Source: Candidatus Zixiibacteriota bacterium (GTDB lineage: Bacteria > Zixibacteria > MSB-5A5 > GN15 > JAAZOE01). From it: a stretch of 64,000 nucleotides of DNA. The notes beneath the pieces were generated by a model. That model searched no databases. It was not told the DNA's origin and saw only the letters and a program-made list of their open reading frames with translations. The DNA lies in assembly GCA_043819555.1 (NCBI GenBank), contig JBDREQ010000066.1:1-64000 (forward strand). The letters are read 5' to 3'. The translations under genes and the position numbers were made by a program. Every line of letters begins with the position of its first letter. Position 1 is the stretch's first letter. This document shows positions 39,571-49,441 of this stretch, piece after piece.

Positions 39571-42495
39571 ATGAATAAAGCCCCGAAATTTCTAATAAAT
39601 CTGTTTCTTTGTCTCACTTTGAGCGGAATCGCCTCGGCTCAATTAAGTCAGGGTGGAATGCCTGTAAGCTTTAAGTATCCGGCTCTAAAAGCCCAATCCG
39701 CCGTTCCCACCGAGAGTATGCCGGATTTTGACATTGAGTATTTCTTGACTGAAGATTCGATTGAGCAGGCCGAGGGTGATATCCCATTCAGGTTTGGCGT
39801 CCCGTTTGACGTAAATCTCAATCTGGATAATTCCGGCGTTTGGGAAGATATACCAAACGGTGATCGTCTCTGGCGATTACGAATTGAATCATCAGGCGCA
39901 TATTCGATAAATTTAATTTATGATGACTATTGGCTGCCTGAAGGAGCCCAATTATTTATCTACAATGAATCCCATGATGGCGTTATCGGCGCCTTCACAA
40001 ATACCAATAATAAGGATCACGGCATGTTTGCCTCTATGCCTGTCAAAGGCGATGTTTGTTTTCTCGAATATTACGAACCGGACGCGGTTGCCGGACAAGG
40101 GCGGATTTCTATTTCGCGCGTTATCCATGCTTATAAAGATATTTTCAAGTTCTTTCAGGCTGGATTCGGTGGTTCCGGCAGTTGTAACATAAATGTCAAT
40201 TGCCCCGAAGGAGACAATTGGAAAAAGGATAGCCGCGCCGTCGCGATGATTATTCTTGCCAGCGGAACCCGCCTATGTTCAGGCGCACTGGTTAACAATG
40301 TCCGCTATGATGGGACACCATACTTTTTGACCGCGGATCATTGCCTGGGAATGGAATCGACCTGGATCTTCATGTTTAATTATGAATCCCCTGATTGTAC
40401 CAATATCGACGGACCGACCAACATGACGCTTCAAGGTTCTACTCTCAGGGCCAATTATCCCCCCTCAGACATGGCCCTGGTAGAAATCTCGGAAACTCCA
40501 CCGGCAGGATATGGAGTGTATTTTGCCGGGTGGTCGAATCTCGATCAATCCTCACAAACCTCAACGGCGATTCATCATCCATCGGGAGATATAAAGAAAA
40601 TTTCTTTTGATTACGATTCATTAACATCTACTGAATACGGCGAACTTGCCGGAGAGACTCACTGGCGTGTTGCGGATTGGGACCTCGGCACGACGGAAGG
40701 CGGCAGCTCCGGCTCACCTCTGTTTAATCCTGAACATCAAATAATCGGGCAACTCCATGGCGGCTACGCGGCATGCGATAATGATGATCCTGATTGGTAT
40801 GGTAAATTTTCCTACTCCTGGAATACTGGCAGCCAGCCTGATGAACAGTTGGCGTATTGGCTTGACCCCGATAATACCGGCCTAATATCTATGATCGGAT
40901 TTGATCCCAATACCGGATTAAATATTATCCACACCGCCATAGAAGATTCTCGAGATACTGTTAACGACTATTTAATTACGTGCGAAATCATTTCTGATAT
41001 TCCAATTAAACAGGAAAATACTTTTTTGAATTATTTTATCGGTGAGAATCCCTACCTGGAAACAATGGCACCGACCGGTAATCCCGACGAATTTACGGCC
41101 ATAATTCCCGCCCAAAAAGCCGGAACCAGCATATCATACTACATCTATACCGAGGATATAAGCGGCCATAAAGATTCAACAATTATGTTTGAATTTTACA
41201 TTGACTATACCCCCGAAATATTGGTTTCCGTCGAAACCCTGAACGAATCTCTCTGGATAGGAAATACCTCTCAACAAGAATTTACTATTGAGAATATTGG
41301 AAATGGAGACATCCTCTATAATCTCAAACTAAATCTTTTCCCCGAATCAAATCCCGCCTTGAAAGAGTTAATCGTCGGCGATAAGCTTCAGGCTCCCAGC
41401 CATAATTATCAATCCAGCTACTATGATGCAAAATCATCCAAAGATGAGTCAGACCCTCGCGTCGGTTACCCCGTCGATAAAAACGCGGGCGGACCCGACG
41501 ATTTTGGCTATATCTGGATAGATTCTGACGATCTGGGCGGTCCCACTTTCGATTGGAACGATATTTCTTCGACCGGGACCGATATAACCGCCGATTTGCG
41601 GGATGATAATTCTATTGGTCCATTCCCGATTGGTTTTGATTTTAATTTTTACGGCTTGACATATAGTCAATTCTATATTGGATCGAATGGACTGGTTGGT
41701 TTTAATTCGAACCAGCTTCATGCCTATTTTAATTCACCCATCCCTTCGGAGAATGTCCCTCACAATTTTTTGGCCTGGCTGTGGATGGATTTGGATATTA
41801 CCAGTCTGAATAATCCGGATGGACGAGTATATTATGAAACAATTGACGATCGCTTAATAATACAATTTACAGACTATCCGATGTACAGCGCAGACCCGGG
41901 CGATGTTGCCACTGCTCAGGTAATCCTCGATACCAGCGGAACAATAATTTATCAGTATCTTTCCTTTGATGGCAATTTTGCCGCCAATATTGCCGTCGTG
42001 GGCATTGAAAACAGCACCGGTACCGATGGACTGGAAGTGGTATTTAAAAATAATTATCTCAAAGATAATCTGGCGATCAGATTTACTCCGGTTGATTTAT
42101 GGTTTAATCTTGATAAGAAATCGGGAACGATTCTTCCCCAGGAATCTGATTTAATAGCCTGCGTGTTTGATGCTCTTGCGCTTGACCCGGGAGATTATTA
42201 TTTAGAATTAAATATTTTTTCCAACGATCCCAAACCGGAAAACAGCAATATCATTATCCCGGTCAATCTCAATATTGCAGAATTCCCTTATATTTGCGGT
42301 GATGCCAATGGCGATGAATTTGTTAACCTCGGTGACGCCGTTTTCATGATTACATATATTTTCAAATCCGGCACCAAACCGGATCCTATCGAGTCCGGTG
42401 ACGCCAATTGCGATGGCAATTCCGATGTCGGCGATGCCGTTTATGTTATAAATTATGCATTCAAATCCGGGCCTAAACCCTGTTGCCCCGAATAA
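39571..42495 (+). CDS. Secreted trypsin-like serine protease (lysyl endopeptidase type) with C-terminal dockerin-like domain
   Basis: Signal peptide; CSGALVNN, LTADHC, DMALV and TEGGSSGSP catalytic motifs; duplicated GDAN(G/C)DG..V..GDAV EF-hand-like repeats. Confidence 0.9.
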   Translation: MNKAPKFLINLFLCLTLSGIASAQLSQGGMPVSFKYPALKAQSAVPTESMPDFDIEYFLTEDSIEQAEGDIPFRFGVPFDVNLNLDNSGVWEDIPNGDRLWRLRIESSGAYSINLIYDDYWLPEGAQLFIYNESHDGVIGAFTNTNNKDHGMFASMPVKGDVCFLEYYEPDAVAGQGRISISRVIHAYKDIFKFFQAGFGGSGSCNINVNCPEGDNWKKDSRAVAMIILASGTRLCSGALVNNVRYDGTPYFLTADHCLGMESTWIFMFNYESPDCTNIDGPTNMTLQGSTLRANYPPSDMALVEISETPPAGYGVYFAGWSNLDQSSQTSTAIHHPSGDIKKISFDYDSLTSTEYGELAGETHWRVADWDLGTTEGGSSGSPLFNPEHQIIGQLHGGYAACDNDDPDWYGKFSYSWNTGSQPDEQLAYWLDPDNTGLISMIGFDPNTGLNIIHTAIEDSRDTVNDYLITCEIISDIPIKQENTFLNYFIGENPYLETMAPTGNPDEFTAIIPAQKAGTSISYYIYTEDISGHKDSTIMFEFYIDYTPEILVSVETLNESLWIGNTSQQEFTIENIGNGDILYNLKLNLFPESNPALKELIVGDKLQAPSHNYQSSYYDAKSSKDESDPRVGYPVDKNAGGPDDFGYIWIDSDDLGGPTFDWNDISSTGTDITADLRDDNSIGPFPIGFDFNFYGLTYSQFYIGSNGLVGFNSNQLHAYFNSPIPSENVPHNFLAWLWMDLDITSLNNPDGRVYYETIDDRLIIQFTDYPMYSADPGDVATAQVILDTSGTIIYQYLSFDGNFAANIAVVGIENSTGTDGLEVVFKNNYLKDNLAIRFTPVDLWFNLDKKSGTILPQESDLIACVFDALALDPGDYYLELNIFSNDPKPENSNIIIPVNLNIAEFPYICGDANGDEFVNLGDAVFMITYIFKSGTKPDPIESGDANCDGNSDVGDAVYVINYAFKSGPKPCCPE

Positions 42496-42927
42496 AAATC
42501 AATATACATAAATTTGTCTATTTGTTGCTTCCATATAATGAATAGCCAATATGGACTCATTTTTTTGTGTACCGGGTAAATCGATCTCGGAAGAGTATAT
42601 GAAGGAATATTTTTAGCTTGGAATTCTAAGGAAAATAAAACATGCGGCGTTTTCCACTTAGAACCATAGTATTTGGGAGGTGCCATAAAGGAATTCCCCG
42701 TCGCCCCCGGATATTTTCTGTATTTTTTTACCACAACTTGTAAATCGATATTCCTTTGCGCGTTACATCAAAACCTAATTTGATTGACTCTGATTTTTTC
42801 GCGTTTTTTCATTTATAATTGGATATAGCAATAAAAAATTGAAAGATTTATCGATTTTGAAGAACTTAATATATACATAAGAACCAAAAAGATTGAAAAA
42901 AAAGTAGGAAATTTCTTCATTTGGATT

Positions 42928-42951
42928 AAACATTTTAGAATGCAAGGCGTC
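42928..42951 (+). promoter_or_regulatory. ECF sigma-type promoter upstream of the candidate sRNA
   Basis: AAAC-N16-CGTC. Confidence 0.45.
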
Positions 42952-42960
42952 ATAGATAAA

Positions 42961-43096
42961 AAATTACTGAAGTATGCCCCCTAGTAGGGCCATTGCCCCT
43001 CAATGGCCCAACGGTTTGGCTTTGCCTACTAAAGGGCCAAACCAACCCCAGGCGGTCGCCAGCCCCCCATCCCTTGCGTGCGACCGCCCTTTTTTT
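42961..43096 (+). ncRNA. Candidate small RNA with three C-rich-loop hairpins and an intrinsic terminator
   Basis: GC-rich island in AT-rich DNA; stems 42987-43009, 43013-43043 and 43051-43088, followed by T7. Confidence 0.6.
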
Positions 43097-43103
43097 AAAT
43101 ATT

Positions 43104-43967
43104 CTAACGAATCACTTTTTTCTCGACCAGCCACACTCCCCAAATTACCAATATCCCTCCAAAAATATGAAAAGGGGTAATCTGTTCATTGAGCACAAAT
43201 GGCGCCACAGCCATCGTTGATAATGGCTCCAGATATATATAAGCGCCTACTTTTGCGGCAGGTTTACGACTGAGCGCTTCGGCCCAAAACCAAAATGCCA
43301 AACCAAGACAAAATACTCCCAAAAAAACTAAGGCTAAGATAATTCTTGGAGGGAGTGACATAAATGGTGTTAATCCGGAGGTAAATAAAACTTTCGGAAC
43401 AATAATTATCGCTGCAATCGTTAAAACGACGTTATTTACTGCCAGAGGCGCGGCTGATGATAATTTCCTTGCTAAAATTGTATATATCGCCCACGTTATA
43501 CAGGATATCAGTATTAGCCAATCACCGTATGATTTTAGGTAATCAAAACTACTTAACTCCCCTTGCGAAATAAGAAGAATCACGCCAAAGGCAGCGATCG
43601 CAATACCCCCAATTTGAATGAAATGTAATTTTTCCTTCAGGAAAATAATAGAAAAGACGGCTATAAATATTGGAATTGTGGCCAAAAGCCAGACCGTATT
43701 AGTCGCTGTGGTAGTCTTCATTCCTTCGACCTGAACCAATAAATGGGCGGCAATAATAATGCCGCATAATGCCAATAGACCCCATTTGCCCCGAACAAAA
43801 CTATATGACAGCTTTCTTTGCATGGAAATAATATACAAAAAGGGCAAAGCCAGAATAAAACGAGCCGCGATTATCTCCGAGGGAGTCAAATAATCAAGGC
43901 ACAGTTTCGTCGCGACAAACGAAACTCCCCATAGCCATACGGCAATTATCAACAAGACAGATATCAT
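43104..43967 (-). CDS. EamA/DMT family transporter
   Basis: 10 TM helices; LWGVSFVATK and YIYLEPL. Confidence 0.92.
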   Translation of the reverse strand: MISVLLIIAVWLWGVSFVATKLCLDYLTPSEIIAARFILALPFLYIISMQRKLSYSFVRGKWGLLALCGIIIAAHLLVQVEGMKTTTATNTVWLLATIPIFIAVFSIIFLKEKLHFIQIGGIAIAAFGVILLISQGELSSFDYLKSYGDWLILISCITWAIYTILARKLSSAAPLAVNNVVLTIAAIIIVPKVLFTSGLTPFMSLPPRIILALVFLGVFCLGLAFWFWAEALSRKPAAKVGAYIYLEPLSTMAVAPFVLNEQITPFHIFGGILVIWGVWLVEKKVIR

Positions 43968-44025
43968 TCAGCCATACCACCCGAAAATCATATTGTTGTA
44001 ATCTACCAACCTTGAAATAAATAAT

Positions 44026-44952
44026 TTGACTGGGAAGTTTGCAAGGATTATCCTTTTGAAGATGACTCGTTTGAAACAATACTCAATCCTGATAATTGCG
44101 GCAACGGCCGTTAGCTGGGCTGCCATATTTATTAGACTGGCCGAGGCCGACCCGATTGCGACCGCCTTTTACAGAATGGTATTGGCGGTTTTAATTTTGG
44201 CTCCTTTTTTTGCGGTCAGCTCTTTCAAGATGGCTGCGCGTCTAACGAAAAGAAGCATCTTTTTATTGTTATTATCTGGAATCTTTCTTGCCATTCACTT
44301 CGCATCATGGATAGCTTCTTTGAAATATACCTCGATTGCCAACTCAGTTGTCATTGTCAGCACGCATCCATTCCTTATTGCCATCGCCGAAGCTGTCATA
44401 TTGAAAACAAAAATTACCCGCCGGACTATAATTGGAATGATCCTGGCCATCACGGGAATGATTGTTATTTTCGCGTCGAGTTTCAGATTTTCGAACAGTG
44501 GCGGATTGGGTGAATTATTGGCATTTATCGGGGCGGTTTGCGCCGCTGGTTATTTATTTATTGGCCGTACGGTACGGCAGAAAATGAATAACCGTAATTA
44601 TACTTTCCTTGTTTATTTCGCAGCATCAATCATTTTATTCCTTGTCTCTTTGGCCGCAAAATCCCCATTGGTAGGTTTCAGTAGCGAGACGTGGCTATAT
44701 TTTGCGTTGCTGGCGCTTATTCCGCAAGTAATTGGACATTCGCTTTACAATTTCCTTTTAAAACATATGAAAGCCCATCTAGTCGGTCTTGCGATTTTGG
44801 GCGAACCTATCGGCGCTTCAATCTTCGCCATTTTAATTTTCTCCGAATTCCCGCCAACCGAAACTTACATCGGAGGCGGATTAATCTTAATGGGTATCGT
44901 TGTGGCTTTGATTCGATTGAAAAGTGATGATAAGTCTGTTGAAACCGCTTGA
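44026..44952 (+). CDS. EamA/DMT family transporter (start may be at MTRLK)
   Basis: AVSWAAIFIRLA, HFASWIASLKYTSIANS, GHSLYN, LGEPIGAS. Confidence 0.92.
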   Translation: MTGKFARIILLKMTRLKQYSILIIAATAVSWAAIFIRLAEADPIATAFYRMVLAVLILAPFFAVSSFKMAARLTKRSIFLLLLSGIFLAIHFASWIASLKYTSIANSVVIVSTHPFLIAIAEAVILKTKITRRTIIGMILAITGMIVIFASSFRFSNSGGLGELLAFIGAVCAAGYLFIGRTVRQKMNNRNYTFLVYFAASIILFLVSLAAKSPLVGFSSETWLYFALLALIPQVIGHSLYNFLLKHMKAHLVGLAILGEPIGASIFAILIFSEFPPTETYIGGGLILMGIVVALIRLKSDDKSVETA

Positions 44953-45000
44953 TTTTTCCAGTGTTTTGTATAGATTATAACGCTTGTATGATAAAACTAT

Positions 45001-45073
45001 GGGGCAGTAGCTCAATTGGGAGAGCGGTACGTTCGCAACGTACAGGTCGTCGGTTCGATCCCGGTCTGCTCCA
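45001..45073 (+). tRNA. tRNA-Ala(CGC), CCA not encoded
   Basis: GGGGCAG/CTGCTCC acceptor stem with G3:U70, anticodon arm GTACG-TT-CGC-AA-CGTAC, GGTTCGATCCC. Confidence 0.95.
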
Positions 45074-45202
45074 TTTTTTATTTGGGATTAATTGAGCGGA
45101 ATTCGCCCGCTTCAATTATCCGGTTAATTGATTGGCGCAAAATATTTATTGCCGGAATAATGCGCCCCGCGTAAAAAATATATGAAAGCGATTAATTGAT
45201 TT

Positions 45203-45322
45203 CGGCCAGTCTTGTTTGGGTCCTGTACAATAAGCCAGTACCGAACCCCGTCAGGACCGGAAGGTAGCAGCGGCAGGTATGATGTTTGTGTGATACAGTC
45301 ACGCCTGAATAACGGCTGGCCG
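45203..45322 (+). ncRNA. ffs: Signal recognition particle RNA
   Basis: Helix 8 motif CCGTCAGGACCGGAAGGTAGCAGCGG, closing stem CGGCCAGT/GGCTGGCCG, upstream of dnaX. Confidence 0.93.
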
Positions 45323-45365
45323 TAATCAATTAAAGAGATTGAGGGTCTGAGAATCGGATGATCTT

Positions 45366-47069
45366 ATGTCTTATCAGGTTTTAGCGCTAAAATACAGGCC
45401 TCTTGTTTTTGAGGACATCATCGCCCAGGAGCATGTCACCAAAACCCTGGCGCGAGCCGTCGAAACCGGACGAATTGCAAATGGATACTTGCTTACCGGC
45501 CCTCGCGGTACGGGCAAAACGACTACCGCCCGAATTCTGGCAAAAGCATTAAACTGCGTCGAAGGTCCCACTCCTACTCCCTGCAATAAATGTTCTACCT
45601 GCAAAGAAATTACTTCCGGCTCGTCTCTTGACGTGCTGGAAATCGACGCCGCGTCCAATACCGGAGTTGATGATATCAGAACCCTCCGGGAAAATATCAG
45701 GTATCTGCCGACGTCCGGCAAAAAGAGAGTTTTTATAATAGATGAAGTTCATCGCCTGTCCGGTTCGGCCTTTGACGCGCTTTTGAAAACGCTGGAAGAA
45801 CCTCCCGAACATGCTGTATTTATCTTCGCCACCACCGAACCGCACAAAGTCCCGCAGACTATTCTCTCCCGGACTCAGCGGTACGATTTCCATCGAATCA
45901 GCGCGATCGATTTGTCCGCTCATCTGGAAAAGCTGGCCAAATTGGAAAAAGTTAATATTGAAAAAGAGGCAATTTTTTTAATCGCTCGCAAAGGCGAGGG
46001 ATCGGTTCGGGATGCTATCTCACTTTTTGATCAGATGATTTCTCTTTCTGAAGACAAGATAACCGCCGCCGAAACTGCCCGGACACTGGGCATTGTCGAT
46101 CGCCAGCTATTTGTCAAGCTGATTGATATTATCGCGGCCGGAAAAACTGAGCCTGTCTTTGACCTGGTTCAGAAATTGTTTGCTTCCGGAGCAAGTATCA
46201 AAGAATTTGTGAACGATTTTATAAATTACTTAAGGAATCTTCTGGTCCAGAAATCATCTTCAGAACCGGATAAATTCCTCGACGTATCCGAGGCCGAAAA
46301 AAAATCCCTGATTAAGCAATCCGCGTATTTCACCGAAGCCGATATCTTAAGGATGACCCAGATTCTTGCGGAATTATCTTCCGAGCTGAAACGCGGGTAC
46401 GATGAAAGAATCTTCCTGGAAATATGCCTCATTCGTCTGACTCGCATGGAATCGAGTATCTCATTGCAGGAAATTATTGAACGCTTGAATCGTTTGGCCG
46501 CATCGGGAACGCATTCAGATAGTCCCGGAGATACGAATCTTTTTGGAAATTCGGTTTCTCCTCCCACCTCGTCTCAAACGTCAGACAAATCTCAAAAAAA
46601 AACTGAATTAAGCTCTGATAATGATATTCGGGATCCAAATGAGTTAATTGATGACGGCAAACCGCTCAATCTCCCCCGCATTCAAATGAGCTGGAATCGA
46701 TTTCTTGACACCCTTAAAAAACGCAGCAGTATGCTTAATTCGCAATTGGCGATGGGACATATCCAAAACGTAAAGAATAATGAAATCACAATCGCTTTTA
46801 CGCCTACGTACAGCACCAGCAAACAGGTTATTGAAAAGCCTGAATCGAAAAATATTGTCGAAGAAGCTCTTCGCGATTTTTATAAAATAGCGGTGCGAAT
46901 TAAATTTGTAATTGACACTACAATCAAAACGCCGGTTCATACCAAACAGGAGCCGGAAAATCTGTTAATAAACGCCGAAGATTTATTTGCCAAAGACCCC
47001 GATTTGAAGAAAATGGTTGAACGGATTGATGGTGAAATCGTCGGCAGGAGAAAAATCGAAGGCGCTTAA
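45366..47069 (+). CDS. dnaX: DNA polymerase III subunit gamma/tau
   Basis: LALKYRP, GPRGTGKTT, EIDAASN, DEVH, LLKTLEEPP. Confidence 0.98.
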   Translation: MSYQVLALKYRPLVFEDIIAQEHVTKTLARAVETGRIANGYLLTGPRGTGKTTTARILAKALNCVEGPTPTPCNKCSTCKEITSGSSLDVLEIDAASNTGVDDIRTLRENIRYLPTSGKKRVFIIDEVHRLSGSAFDALLKTLEEPPEHAVFIFATTEPHKVPQTILSRTQRYDFHRISAIDLSAHLEKLAKLEKVNIEKEAIFLIARKGEGSVRDAISLFDQMISLSEDKITAAETARTLGIVDRQLFVKLIDIIAAGKTEPVFDLVQKLFASGASIKEFVNDFINYLRNLLVQKSSSEPDKFLDVSEAEKKSLIKQSAYFTEADILRMTQILAELSSELKRGYDERIFLEICLIRLTRMESSISLQEIIERLNRLAASGTHSDSPGDTNLFGNSVSPPTSSQTSDKSQKKTELSSDNDIRDPNELIDDGKPLNLPRIQMSWNRFLDTLKKRSSMLNSQLAMGHIQNVKNNEITIAFTPTYSTSKQVIEKPESKNIVEEALRDFYKIAVRIKFVIDTTIKTPVHTKQEPENLLINAEDLFAKDPDLKKMVERIDGEIVGRRKIEGA

Positions 47070-47091
47070 TCTAACAGTTCAGGAGGAATAA

Positions 47092-47415
47092 ATGGCCAAA
47101 GGTATGGGCGACATGATGAAACAGGTCGCAAAAATGCAGCAAAAAATGGAAGAGATGCAAAAAGAACTGGCCGAAAAAACAGTCGAGGGTACTGCCGGAG
47201 GCGGTATGGTCAAGGTTGTCGCGACCGGAGCGCAGGATATTGTATCCATCAAGATTGACAAAGAAGTTGTCAATCCTGAAGATGTTGAAATGCTCGAAGA
47301 TCTTATCCTGAGCGCGGTCAACCAGGCTCGCGAAAAGGCCGCCGAAATGCAGGCGGAAACAATGGGCGCTTTAACCGGCGGGTTGAATATCCCCGGATTA
47401 AACCTCCCCTTCTGA
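47092..47415 (+). CDS. ybaB: Nucleoid-associated protein YbaB/EbfC
   Basis: [24 protein letters not shown]; lies between dnaX and recR. Confidence 0.96.
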   Translation: MAKGMGDMMKQVAKMQQKMEEMQKELAEKTVEGTAGGGMVKVVATGAQDIVSIKIDKEVVNPEDVEMLEDLILSAVNQAREKAAEMQAETMGALTGGLNIPGLNLPF

Positions 47416-47416
47416 T

Positions 47417-48013
47417 ATGTACAAATCAGCCGAATCAGTAGGACGATTAGTCTCTCTCTTATCCCGGTTGCCGGGAGTGGGCCGCAAAACAGCCGGACGA
47501 TTGGCTTTCCATATTCTCAAAATGAATATGGAGGAAGCTCGCGATCTGGCCGAAGCCATCGTGACGGTTAAAGAAAAGGTCGGAACCTGCGGAATATGCT
47601 TCAATATATCCGAACATGATCCCTGCGCCATCTGTGCCGATGAAAAACGCGACCGCACGATCATATGTGTTGTGGAAGAAGCCAGCGATATCATCGCCCT
47701 TGAAAAGGCCGAAGAATTCACTCCGTTATATCATGTCCTCGGCGGACGCCTCTCCCCTCTCGACGGAATCGGTCCCGACGATCTCTATCTAAAAGGACTT
47801 CTGTCACGCCTTGATGATACTATCAAAGAGGTCATCATTGCCACTAATCCGGATGTCGAAGGCGAAGCCACGGCGATGTATATCAATAAACTGATTAAGC
47901 CGTTTGGCGTCAAAGTCACACGCATCGCTCGCGGTCTGCCGGTCGGAGGCGATTTGGAATACGCCGACGGCGTGACCATTACCCGCGCTCTCCAGGGCCG
48001 CCAGGAACTGTGA
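47417..48013 (+). CDS. recR: Recombination mediator RecR
   Basis: LPGVGRKTA HhH, C4 zinc finger, Toprim ATNPDVEGEATA. Confidence 0.98.
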   Translation: MYKSAESVGRLVSLLSRLPGVGRKTAGRLAFHILKMNMEEARDLAEAIVTVKEKVGTCGICFNISEHDPCAICADEKRDRTIICVVEEASDIIALEKAEEFTPLYHVLGGRLSPLDGIGPDDLYLKGLLSRLDDTIKEVIIATNPDVEGEATAMYINKLIKPFGVKVTRIARGLPVGGDLEYADGVTITRALQGRQEL

Positions 48014-48092
48014 TTTTACATCATAAGGGGGGATTTGTAAATAGTCCATTCAGTTGTAAAAAGTCAGAGACCTTCCGGACAGTTTGCTCTAT

Positions 48093-48322
48093 GCGGGAAC
48101 CCACCGTTCCGCCGCGCGGAACAATGGGCCACCGGTCAAATAATGGCAACATCGAAGGGATACTACCCTACTGCCTTGTCGACCTTTCTAATTGATGTGA
48201 AGTAGCCTAAACAGGGGCACGATTATAACTAATTACAATTATGGCATACTCTGCACTCCGAAAGCGCAAGCCTAGGTGACCTGTCCGGTGGCCCACTGCA
48301 ACTTGTTGCGGTGGGTTCCCGC
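48093..48322. repeat. Inverted pair of REP-like palindromes (REPIN-like)
   Basis: GCGGGAACCCACCG..TGGGCCACCGG at 48093-48135 and its inverted counterpart at 48285-48322; each arm is an internal hairpin. Confidence 0.7.
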
Positions 48323-48614
48323 CTGGAGCCTTATATTAATCTAATAAATACATTTCCGCAGATCAATTAAAAAAATGAAATGCAGCAAAGGACGTCTGCC
48401 GCCCACAGGATAAAGCAATTTTGAAAAATATTGATTATGCCGGGAGATAATCCTTATGGCGTACACAAATTCATAAGATAAAAAATACAGGGAACAAAAA
48501 AACTGCTTCACTTGTTTTATCCCATATCGTATCATTGTAAAAGTCAAAGATGGGCAATAGAGGGATAACTCATAAAATGAAAATCAGAAAATAAACAATA
48601 TCTTTGGAGGAAAA

Positions 48615-49421
48615 ATGGACGCTGTCTGGACTCAGATTAGTAACTGGGGCGCTATTTACGGTCTAAAAATCGTCGGCGCTCTGGCAATTCTATTTATCGG
48701 CCGCATTGTTGTCGGCATGATCACAAAAGGCATGGGCCGTTTGATGATTAAGGGCAAAATGGATGTAACGCTGGTTAAGTTCTTAAAAAGTGTCATTCGC
48801 ATTTCGCTTTTGATGGTTATCATAATTATGGCGCTGGGCAATCTTGGAATCCAAACGACATCATTTATCGCCATCATGGGCGCCGCCGGTTTGGCTATCG
48901 GCCTCGCTTTTCAAAACTCCCTGGCGAATCTCGCGTCGGGAATCTTGATAATAATCTTTCGCCCCTTCAAAAGCGGTGATTTTGTTGAAGCCGGAGGTTC
49001 AACCGGTACCGTCGAGGAAATATCAATATTTACGACAGTATTAAAAACCCCGGATAATAAAAAAGTCATAATTCCAAATGGAGCTATCACAAGCGGTAAA
49101 ATTGTCAATTATTCCGCCAAAGAGATGCGCCGCGTTGATTTGGTATTTGGCATCGGGTATGGCGATGATATTAGGCAGGCCAAATCGATTCTGGAAGAAA
49201 TTGTCAAGGCTGATAACCGGATTCTTGATGATCCGGCCCCTCAGATTGCCGTATCCGAACTGGGTGACAGCTCAGTCAATTTTGTTGTCCGTCCCTGGGT
49301 CAAAACCGCCGACTACTGGGACGTTTATTTTGCTATTACAGAAAAAGTGAAACTTACTTTCGACGAGCGTGGCATTTCAATACCATTTCCTCAACGGGAT
49401 GTCCACTTGCACCACGTATAA
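48615..49421 (+). CDS. mscS: Small-conductance mechanosensitive channel
   Basis: GAAGLAIGLAFQNSLANLASG..RPFKSGD and ISIPFPQRDVH. Confidence 0.95.
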   Translation: MDAVWTQISNWGAIYGLKIVGALAILFIGRIVVGMITKGMGRLMIKGKMDVTLVKFLKSVIRISLLMVIIIMALGNLGIQTTSFIAIMGAAGLAIGLAFQNSLANLASGILIIIFRPFKSGDFVEAGGSTGTVEEISIFTTVLKTPDNKKVIIPNGAITSGKIVNYSAKEMRRVDLVFGIGYGDDIRQAKSILEEIVKADNRILDDPAPQIAVSELGDSSVNFVVRPWVKTADYWDVYFAITEKVKLTFDERGISIPFPQRDVHLHHV

Positions 49422-49441
49422 ACTAGTTAAGGAGGTTTATC

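Noticed and set aside
42987..43096. CsrB/Rsm-type RNA on the minus strand
   Set aside because: Only one loop would carry GGA, and the U-tract and promoter are on the plus strand
42453..43220. ORFs 42453..42734, 42974..43180 and 42993..43220
   Set aside because: They have no RBS or motif; the two plus-strand ORFs run through a terminator and into the EamA gene, so an ncRNA explains the region better
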